Shown: positions 21,001-22,320 of the stretch, piece by piece | Layout of the letters: the number at the start of each line of letters is the position of its first letter | Position numbering within the stretch: the stretch's first letter is position 1 | Source: Barthelona sp. PAP020 | Taxonomy: Eukaryota | Length of the DNA stretch: 22,320 nt | Assembly: GCA_040182905.1 (NCBI GenBank) | Contig: JARQWU010000019.1 | Span: 62,001-84,320 of the forward strand | Direction of reading: 5' to 3' | The notes under the pieces: generated by a model | Told to the model about the DNA's origin: nothing | Databases searched by the model: none | The model's input: the letters and a program-made list of their open reading frames with translations, nothing else | Made by a program: the position numbers and the translations under genes

Positions 21001-21027
21001 AAATAAAATAACAATTCCAACTCGCAT
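1..21027 (-). CDS. Giant (>=7009 aa, 3'-partial) secreted/surface protein, predicted beta-solenoid / adhesin-like; uncharacterised
   Basis: ATG is at 21027-21025, with an in-frame TAG immediately upstream (21030-21028). Manual translation begins MRVGIVILFTFLICAVYSVDHEFICFEESDFFDLSCWNTNNVPIDGDNILINTNATVNVG and is still open at base 1 (...FISTCREIVFKKDDLSTISEPS). No in-frame stop was found in any stretch I translated. The ORF track lists no stop-terminated ORF in this frame, as expected if the frame runs off the left edge. Composition is rich in I/F/N/S/D/V with alternating hydrophobic residues (beta-strand pattern). The CDS call is strong; the fold and function are inference. Confidence 0.95.
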   Translation of the reverse strand, partial: MRVGIVILFTFLICAVYSVDHEFICFEESDFFDLSCWNTNNVPIDGDNILINTNATVNVGRSMNIGTFTLGDSINTPVLVFSYGRSFSIQNFNWNSGNFSGYASLTVSKIICEGNGDRSMNSFNTLLISGGINAFSDGYIFLNLGAYISINSAASVTFTNFNILTLPKTENDDVDNMASLRNYGTIYFSDHSDFICEVYFRHMGFPLFIYGNITFYDSVDFYGDIYQLNTLSNIEYKGVNKNILYTTMSSIYQMGHMYVYNGSVVIRSIDFNTYLMSVYNGTVDFTSDSVINYLQVYDHQGGDIYFRFGCQIIDPVDGFKFNQSGGSTEFEYGVIYRDDTNMYFPWYINHTGGSFILNNTEQAFEIHELFLGGGDFDIASGMNLLVHHARFWNVPLIRITDFLVFDKLFEWYGGIWDSEADFTYVCDVKLLKGYDHVVAKGRFFTPEVSAHSYITESCDVFVGSNAEIHINPSEFGDNEIKVAPEGKLVFLDALSLSNDMVVDSLFPPRVCCLGNELINAIEYSTYVLEDDVCSTVSCQSFVHSNINRFSDLTHAWWPIKYVSDEIKDVIEYEMHIVGADNDLGYEIVYEENIVERRVCTFVLGVESIPFDFHAYSLTDFTLSTNEFPIPTTEQCFRDIYVSDLNNDVLLGEVIFEDNVVMNEGTLILGSRIAMISKTDTFSMGSDVQIHVLGTGCRFEGIFQFEGYMYVYRSLVIPETTEFHGLGTIQGAYNDSHIQYDGYYDLNRSFEHFGGTFVFSELSRVANDFEKFYVSSTSLILLDLTTTFKIDIDSLEIWGELVLQKGFSIFGTILPLYGILRVYEIKYFEFKELKHPECHSGVFDFQHDSYLTLGITSYCSKNLNIVDSVEVKLTDETFHQLIDFKHTVMNIEEVAFLTLYSSMFEHTQLVMNNVDEFFVDDALNSYFNDSYFSFVNIFKIFPFFVDSFDNMYWKMIVGGNVTIINSQLNSVNNELQMNNIGDFNITLKSIDHWYVTINQANFTLFDLKTSFSSSIISLVNPNSTFIFLDLLMFNLSISTQNADKFYLFSPDKIVSTTIALTDVQYSNVSVLSEVDNWTLSHYNGVLNRMHAPLVNDMKFIHQGVDFIEFDVDIANHCVVNGLNSLSINYNIKNIMFGVIFEEYFELLNIIFENSVYYSSIELKHGSNVTVNGTDLSSSFYYNNLIVVDVIEFLDVNIHSLFHSNVSTSDIFNVSIVDFQTFDIRFDISSSNLVNFTSISYVNNSYYTLNEIDENCVIDTKQLSNTQIIMNHIHNMSIVKGVYAYFDNKYTGNHIEAFYLTSTSHFNSNLDFYKVNQVKIKGSYDSSNIYMNYGDNCDIFSKIFQNIQFHISNINSVVLTNDNAVNITTNMNVIQLFNWNVDNAENIMLFIANSVDISILHNVMSNNLKFDFDVVKTVYFSANTINTFGFQAQYIDLLDLQVDTINSYTFDGKFIKNYNYLGIALSFIDFSGILIDDFVHSNKLLSTGTINLQFNKTIGKGFLKSDNILSVEINVTANNESTTTLANEFSLNSNVLASGSISCSDFNLFDLVVQESIEHVAYIQLNTVNSVNLYASHTKFTSFECLVIENFFFKISNFNNVAMNADQVNNFQVTSRVLNEKVDAISSQFFISNGLEVSLLKGNNWNDIEIEIKFYNEGTLEINELNDSDIKVRNIATLFQTKSSTWSFSDILFESSVTNSFEQFTKIDSCSIILQNSNVQLFKAETFSNNIMNVTNSTDLQFISTTVSNSNVNITEIDTLYLYQSNLITETNFNLHFIDFFDIWTLKYYKNGNVTIADVETVSINNLKDFWGVDFEFTNGIDMSLNSIDIRNCKFRSIISGSYKIVSGYLFDSDIVLHGGSSAIVTFNNLKNIYANIMGNIPEMGSSNAIVENLKLIANVSTDSFNFKAKSFVNVSIETIANQFIAEGLADLLQSKIFIRALRTTLIYDSSLITFEDLVNVVESKVDIQANSLIFYGSNYDVVDFDFEIKDLKLGSIATVLNSAIDLLLYKDFLLNLKLSYNTDWVIDSRSQTATISMDRTNTYDLEDIFSNYSFDQATTLDVTEFLQGSLLVKGSTLEMPGIVLFDEISFYQRANVFTTKFLFFNNSKFYTGCHTNAEYAKLRNSEMGSIYVTESGCSASFNFDFFSIDTNVHFSHSITFLINKYWFIPSTYSMDGPRWYITVAENATVETHGDLTLVSTDLVHSTFTQKGIWKMYNSNFHLFLKPVITSTSEIYLNNSYWTVHPNAYFDGIIMMYGELSGLKLLNTHYEFGLHTYFESTADTGMVWSNDYTYILFQGTIKVVDKVHLHRTEFIFQHCNMVLNGISLSQSNLTIIDCKHLLLADKLELNLFRAEDQSSLTIQDFNQISAGEFYLSDSQAYLNIDFIDIVNFTMVSGYLDGPCFFNISNSATFLGGTIDSYVILNVIGDYLFMNAAQTHKVGTGVEILFKGNYSFVGYDSLFEVGDYVRIELGTTLFQSRIRFVGVGSVRAAFADGAEDSQTITYAVTYGDASVDVLPSLKISGDLIVDSIITIDFRLFLLGSLIIKPGSSITFPSEMCFFEDILLSNTSNGEAASSIIFNGPTVINYDVKLIGFGSSVFVADGGYLRFAGSWEIGSIVIIDGGILHMLPGCIYDFHSISVSKGKIIFDETPNVDKWIINDLTVLLDGEIRFHPAIVADVEIIDVVVRNGQAEFNDLESLYIHSLYIDYSTALSSTSKVSIIGVGNLTIDNISVKYGGILWFENSAPGLDDYWLINHVVSRGAVYFSNVLNPTTFESYENLDNGNLRISNSAKQYFQSFEAKANSYSRFSNSQISPYFEYLFVTDQSTFIVQTPLTDLHLGFVVVQADDFYSSSIPQFKLLGVSHQINFEKLYLNDERSIHSSMQRAWYDVLLLCDNVQINVTEELVLKNVRFESYINPTGKAYLINVVQLVSQNVWYCDVALIQTRFSFISNQQIFTLNGNIDIFGYFYEMPYDSENHRMSGSITLVGNSVLKKSKTFEPSNESETIIFSNFISDYEVISTNSVMFLYSNMNFDGSLSMEEEEILKTIIGYKAINFGGIIVSAKNLIISSTSSSSRLTVGANANVTVCKISGYFLNVYGKLYVENEANELCGSTQVSTTWNIYEGADFHTLDIKARKTSGESDEITSLNWQCNSCSNFTFRSVESYGLYWVLNAPLKDFVVSRFNISHIGFNRHSSFVFVANSVLINDFDSDHCDGTIFSPSVDFQKINMNNLVLSVHDGNDHVFFNNPSVENVNSLNFYSCGNITLDKTNNWVTAVTISLENSIFRSSGYLKAGDRFQTFYSKDSVVEISTDVYLTHSGDFTINGGTFYAPSVYKDGLNYENVDLRLSNVQNFSCNYMNLRRLAIMTISNCHLYVETISLYLIVPAKIESSFTNISTLNVVNSQFFLINSVSNISTINTASSSHFKCESSTTNLKDVSFGDHSSITFENCNSNATSMIIEEHSFLFIQDSKWNALESLKILNSFATIEKYTQMNGLISLSAGGETNYQLNLYDSIFKNLKNLDLFSKTFNALNVTFPELISITSDLTDWSFDTFILHHLSNLTIERGVLTGDEISSMSIIAFTSVDATFKVSQMKFDILRNFTSIDSLFIVSTLVMPKLEIFKANDSSFSLSNTGISSNYLVSFESFNTDWNCVYLQSTSLQSINLTDGNVVVERIIFDGLIEWSTNNVIGTVSIIQCGSSFERMTIFTDTWNISEFNSASLSSFECENSQFILNKGTFNDLKNLYIVKSHVELTNVNMNNVTSITIISGGWMSIKDSNFYLFEKLRLINSNLQMFNTKHRLNDIYTSQSSYLKLIDCRNDESHQFEIGYEFKDIIIENTYIYVFNSDLAGRNCLLVDQEYHKNSYFMDSKLIVENIQTNSFRPDLKYLKFHNNTLIGLKTLNISKTYFDMRNGIFDLNLFEASQSSQIIFNDIDIHLYVQNIIWKSVIVSASTVNVLRNLTIYQDFILDNSIIDMVNISCFETKGNFIVTNHSTVSILPKNLFVGQKLVVEDSSFYSIHDIGSIIEGIYLNRSDVQFEGNGDFTTKQFIIENQLTLDNSIIFKSLSLDIISKGISIIDTNVLFKVVDSIHIKANLDIKNSNFNMFTSSIIIDNDLNHIDSETYIDSPILFQVGNNFVHSNNSLKLFVPKMIVGNKIQSVGFIQLSGFQNASEYSCLTNQNNSMNGQLFFKEWSIEMSNDIVYVCDYDIIQCSTNMKWYGKLNWLRINSFNGVDLSSSSKNAVVQANSMNITSIHLISGTSQLSINTIISNKIEQYGFSTLISTFSSQHISLFEFSSGKIYSPSKLFEFDCVKMLTDWQKILQGNFVCNHSCSFDQGEYLGEYGTFTINPEATLEGDFTDGFFVSLANQFIFDIKGVMRLRSDVAMSSFSPNLLIEPSAKVYFHKTFAMSGSIIIYGSLYILDDFYCNSGTITVYSTGEFLATSSDLILKGGSCKIVNKGSFGMNIVMENSLVINVDGSNAHSEFDFATATDVTLSCNNCLQVQIFNITSFSSANIFSSTNVQLEYLIAPTVSIRGPSTGSLIESLTKTAFVDNIYASTKFVADYARLISKEIQFGDFEAIHQSYLEFDKFVPLKNDSYWNVAARHYIVNNNTMGFEQLAMSHHYYGDSYQTVIINRGTIILNSTKELHGGNIAYEIHNYGVVKQLPNTVFEPPLIIVNYGEWNMETNSVLKSVLRNSVLYEGSVLNINQNATIESFSKLTVFGDLNVFGEISTVQSLIVENQGYVTLFKEGYLKFVLGDIKNGGILRLFATAYTLRDLDLHGTLYIEETGFLKDPNTSPHTIFIEIDGTITGIPIKFTNLALDVYGFYNVSLFYYDNPQAGIIFRESATYAFKAIEMYTGDVHFASLCPTFKMQSIYLQGESHLSFVSDCIFEIDVINITSSYSSLDIIAKNFTNYQLINKGTLKLKNLGSLNEINRIIDATSEGKLEIEDIKLEFGKLQNINEGIIDMNGSSLFIDEYFDNSLGNVSFNNLSLTVNSWNSAAANKQIHIYNYSTVFIDHGMINKLLIEKGDIIYLRDHQILGVLNIKTANTVILNELNTEYGLYIFSFVENLMNFSKIELWNNSITVISSSLKVDHFDFREGNFSCSKAIIEITNFVWQSGILGNSGSTQQHHSILTVDNFNITGGSSFYKINDVSVNVQHYMNISNEWNVNDDDFIFNIVFNDSSILHLYQNIITTSYRLNFGFKQYSKLIAYDGFFWNICLNFYDRSEFIILKGDTTFNSTVYFYGNNVFNTSEGSVVTFDGHYLQTYNDAVIYPSKSTFIFQNHNINPFSLNRVQIRGHFYPEKIIVRNKGLFSMYYGTHNIQEIDIQGGSVILGYESMYNASEQYDPILKCTPNTDSSIWYYNPSNDIVLSNHQSNENCYHFYHQFRRSYRVITKPDELLHFTDGGVFKFWMNMEHDVDVLYYLHIYQLWLTEKTQMNFLASYYGKTSDYSDYYLKHVRISYLKLDCGVITNEDQLHIDILEMYKGTLDNFLVNDIYIAGDNYTKYLSNFQVISNGIFSGNNLISLENFTIQAAGTVNITNQPAIHFVPFTSNDYPLFFHLYGTFNPYCDFEMPETIYYVGSHVNINSYCNLYVKNDSNISSTVFMGYNSRVVIPEDGFFTLSTDGTLSGFGLLSYFKNTSVYIYGTYDMGEYIEQTVDSNLYFYGCTISINSLYCSAGAIYLKQVKSSSGSEWFVKSAETALTGRIYFDEFDDVMIMETLKVTGGVTSFNKISQSVQYDEIIIEGGYVIFDTGSELSFARLNLKGGWRDGTDNVVVQQLIWEAGGFLGPSKTTVTGKSKFNGTEEHIMGSGHTLILNGTLSVHDSFTIYACNASNTIIWQGSSAIIFGSMTTKSTMYKDGNVIYADEFGHWELGCKSGSTWCSNNPPDPLMLSIHKPMCHFEFWETAKKEWIIPNPSSDDSSTFGYLTYAISKQELVFDLRADLVVDYKANFFIFDRSINILKDNTIHVKGTFNPKGGLSMAVNSSLILYNNGTWQQKACYHANCKMYGNISVADELKGPFDNLPKLDWKRESPKQPRMCSVNRRVYSNTLRKYVYQTFYYFCWYNIGYSGGPYIYMQKDSYFNMSILKIPAGFLSFQTDSEGYFDKLELLGGGIYLYLMKNELKPKELLLKAGFFHVAGMPIISFDYVWFYGGEIRGSKDYRLEIDEQLIWTQGTISQKYTNVVNMKKAEISGFGKHSINYYGKFINEGFIDYHDVGSIDFYRGGYFINNGLMNCTGNLKATPETISLRSYSTYQDNVLVYKYYYNQQPIRSYFQNNGTINVLSPASISTFSVILQTFEGSVLSVETGDVTIFDGADIDGTLIIHKGDLIVGDDYLPRMDVLGLHHFSITKHGFIWIKDGSMVIPELEKPVVILYPFRGYIDLFCEGNLTISDSLVGTLSNMSFSEPSFINISDIFVTNLKLIFDNNCTLANVSIFDIRHSNITFNTSHDVVIDQMIMYSSFRDGHDVINVSSIFQWYGGGFLDNVRMNLFGESTVFKISDFYLGYSSVITNYGLLKFVEQKSYVTLDSMPWAVLNIENDAKFINMPLGTVSFETNFILSQTGENSSLLNYGNLRAYCHLNLGSYSLNEYSFDIMTFEEHRDQERFILFDNFENIGIFKISGSSLMVGDKFTNFNYVGIYDSAAVTFRSIVDTRNIHSVWNIVDGRVIFGEGGYHEGDFFIKSIDSFLHIIAMSSDIVNKYSGETVSVTPINKALTFANETSINACEGTFALDGFTGDFYGNFTGCSVLTIKNSRIVFNNTANITVDKMYIVNSVVYFDNVSIDCMESIVKTSTIHYIDLHNSINSTQLELSDSNIYFDTGLPVYMYNVTFYGTEFYGSDELHFLDVLVVDSSSFHNNLAIVNYGILTFKKSPVNFHENVRLFNKNLIYILQDDYPNHNKYFMVEFGPTAYLNNSGIMYIDSRWELYDGVFYNYGDMYIYRNILSETKSIFLNKGNIYFDCSSFAYRPEIKIHSFINYGFISTCREIVFKKDDLSTISEPS
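16579..16818 (-). repeat. Protein-level 10-residue periodic repeat (8 consecutive units) within the giant CDS
   Basis: Translation: NNLKFDFDVV/KTVYFSANTI/NTFGFQAQYI/DLLDLQVDTI/NSYTFDGKFI/KNYNYLGIAL/SFIDFSGILI/DDFVHSNKLL. Positions 3 and 10 are hydrophobic in all units and position 5 in all but the last. No DNA-level identity between units. Confidence 0.7.
20974..21027 (-). other. N-terminal signal peptide coding segment (MRVGIVILFTFLICAVYS, likely cleavage VYS|VD)
   Basis: Short basic n-region (MR), a hydrophobic core (VGIVILFTFLICAV), small residues at -3/-1 (V, S), then an acidic mature N-terminus. Confidence 0.85.
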
Positions 21028-21394
21028 CTAGAATTGCAAAAACCATATAGTATAAATAACTTTTTACCCAAACCAATCAGAAAATTTTTTCCAAAAAATT
21101 CAAAGAATTTATTACAAATGAATGAAAACAACAGTTTGATCGCAAAGAGTACAAATAAAAAAGTAACAGAAAAGAGAATCAAAAAAAAAAAGATCGGGTA
21201 GAAAGACGAATCATTTTTTTTGATTTTTTCCTTCTCAGCATGTTTCTGAAAATGTTTGAAAGAAGAAGTTTTTCACCATATTTATTTGATTTTCATGTTG
21301 ATTAGAAAAATTATGAAGTGCAGTTCTTTTGTTTATCAATTATTGGAATGATTTTATCACTAACATTGTAAATATTCAATTATTTTCAAAAGAA
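21028..21394. promoter_or_regulatory. Intergenic region / putative divergent promoter with CCAAT-box-like AACCAATCAG (21071-21080) and opposed poly-A (21181-21191) and poly-T (21214-21229) tracts
   Basis: Lies between the start of the minus-strand giant CDS and a plus-strand coding-like region. Rich in homopolymers. AACCAATCAG matches the NF-Y consensus. No Shine-Dalgarno-like sequence precedes ATG 21027. Confidence 0.45.
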
Positions 21395-22320
21395 ATGGAG
21401 TTTGACCAGTTTTCGAAGATGATTGTTAGTGAGGAAATTTCATTTTTAGCAAGCAAAGATTCGTATACATTTGGTCATATTTGTTTCCATATTAGCGAGA
21501 AGACGGGAATAGATAGAAACTCTTACGATATTCATGAAATTAAGAGTTTAAAGGCAAGGGACTGAAATTGGTGGGGTTTATTGTTACCTAAAGGTCAAGC
21601 ACAAGTTTAATATGATTTACAAACCATAATATGATTTATCTGGTGAACTTTGTATCAATTATTGTTGTGATGCAAAATTTTTGGGAATTGAAAAGGGACA
21701 TGCTGTTTGCCAACATTCAGTTATTGTAGAAGGAAATTTGTTGGTTTTGTTGTTGTTTTATCTAAGACCTATGGATGCCAGCAAGTTGAATTTTGAAAGA
21801 ATATTCTTTTCAATATCAATTAAATTGTATTTATTTATTGATAAAGAGTGAGTGAACAAGACTTATTTTTTGTTATTTCAGCTTCCAAGAATTTGATGCA
21901 GATTTTTCCTTGAAAGTTTTCTTTTGAATTTTTTTGTCTTCCTTTTTTATCGATTGCTTCCTTAGCGTTTACATTTCAATAGATCGAACGTGTCTGTAAA
22001 TGCTGTGGGGAAATATATCCTTTCCTTTGAATCAGTTGCAGAGAATAACTTTTTAAAGTGAAATTGAACTTCAACCACATTGACAAATATGAATCAAAAT
22101 TCTATAGCCACAATAAGAATGAAGGAGCAAAATTGTATTGTGAAGACCAACAGGATCTTATTGGTTTAACCATTGCTCTTAATGTGGAAGTTCATACTCA
22201 ATGAACGGAATTTATTTCCAAGCCAAGAAGCACTGTGCGTATGAGTGAATAAGAAAGAATAGTGTTTATTTGGTTAAAGGCTTTCGAGGCCCGATTGATC
22301 TGTTGAAAAACTTTAGATTT
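21395..22320 (+). pseudogene. Fragmented coding-like region: pseudogene or short-intron gene of unknown function, possibly continuing past the right edge
   Basis: Successive protein-like open segments occur in different frames: MEFDQFSKMIVSEEISFLASKDSYTFGHICFHISEKTGIDRNSYDIHEIKSLKARD* (21395-21565); TEIGGVYCYLKVKHKFNMIYKP*YDLSGELCINYCCDAKFLGIEKGHAVCQHSVIVEG...IDKE* (21561-21851); RLHFNRSNVSVNAVGKYILSFESVAENNFLK* (21966-22061); KVKLNFNHIDKYESKFYSHNKNEGAKLYCEDQQDLIGLTIALNVEVHTQ* (22055-22204). Two T-rich GT..AG segments (21848-21881, 21916-21965) join some of them in frame, but other breaks remain unexplained. Confidence 0.35.

Noticed and set aside
1..21027. Possibility that the region needs an alternative genetic code or introns to be read, or is non-coding as the ORF track implies
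   Set aside because: A single standard-code frame reads through. Its absence from the track is explained by the stop codon lying outside the window.
1..21027. Assigning a specific gene name (e.g. Pmp, BspA, fibrocystin, filamentous haemagglutinin)
   Set aside because: Diagnostic repeated motifs (Pmp GGAI/FxxN pairs, TpLRR consensus, IPT/PA14 domains, TPS domain) were not recognised. Only fold-level resemblance can be argued.
937..21031. All short plus-strand ORFs in the track overlapping the giant CDS (e.g. 1667-1969, 2787-3089, 13274-13603, 20801-21031)
   Set aside because: They are antisense shadows of the minus-strand CDS: short, often starting at TTG/GTG, with no recognisable protein features.
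21051..21058. TATAAATA TATA-box-like octamer on the plus strand
   Set aside because: Wrong orientation for the adjacent giant gene, far from the plus-strand locus, and expected by chance in such AT-rich DNA.
20991..21182. 63-aa hydrophobic minus-strand ORF upstream of and overlapping the giant gene start
   Set aside because: It has a TTG start inside a homopolymer tract, and its Phe/Leu/Lys richness simply reflects the T/A tracts of the intergenic DNA.
21608..21638. 12-bp direct repeat TAATATGATTTA x2 separated by 7 bp
   Set aside because: Only two AT-rich copies with no array or element between them, so not CRISPR and not a convincing target-site duplication.

Overview
The window is very AT-rich and probably eukaryotic (protist-like). 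About 94% of it is one uninterrupted minus-strand reading frame that the ORF track misses because it has no stop codon inside the window. The frame starts at ATG 21027 and stays open to base 1, giving at least 7009 codons, with the C-terminus beyond the left edge. The protein has a signal peptide, an N-terminal 'W..xxVPxxGDxIxI' cap motif and thousands of residues of beta-strand-patterned sequence. That sequence includes a degenerate Gly/Trp module recurring every ~300-390 aa, many N-x-G-x-hydrophobic turns, a Gly-poor central block with 10-residue periodicity and several Cys/aromatic loop insertions. I interpret it as a giant secreted or surface beta-solenoid (adhesin or autotransporter-passenger-like) protein. 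To the right are a ~370 bp intergenic region with promoter-like A/T tracts and a CCAAT motif, then a fragmented plus-strand coding-like region with candidate short GT-AG introns (pseudogene or intron-containing gene). The short track ORFs within 1-21182 are antisense or off-frame shadows. No RNA genes, mobile elements or CRISPR arrays were recognised.
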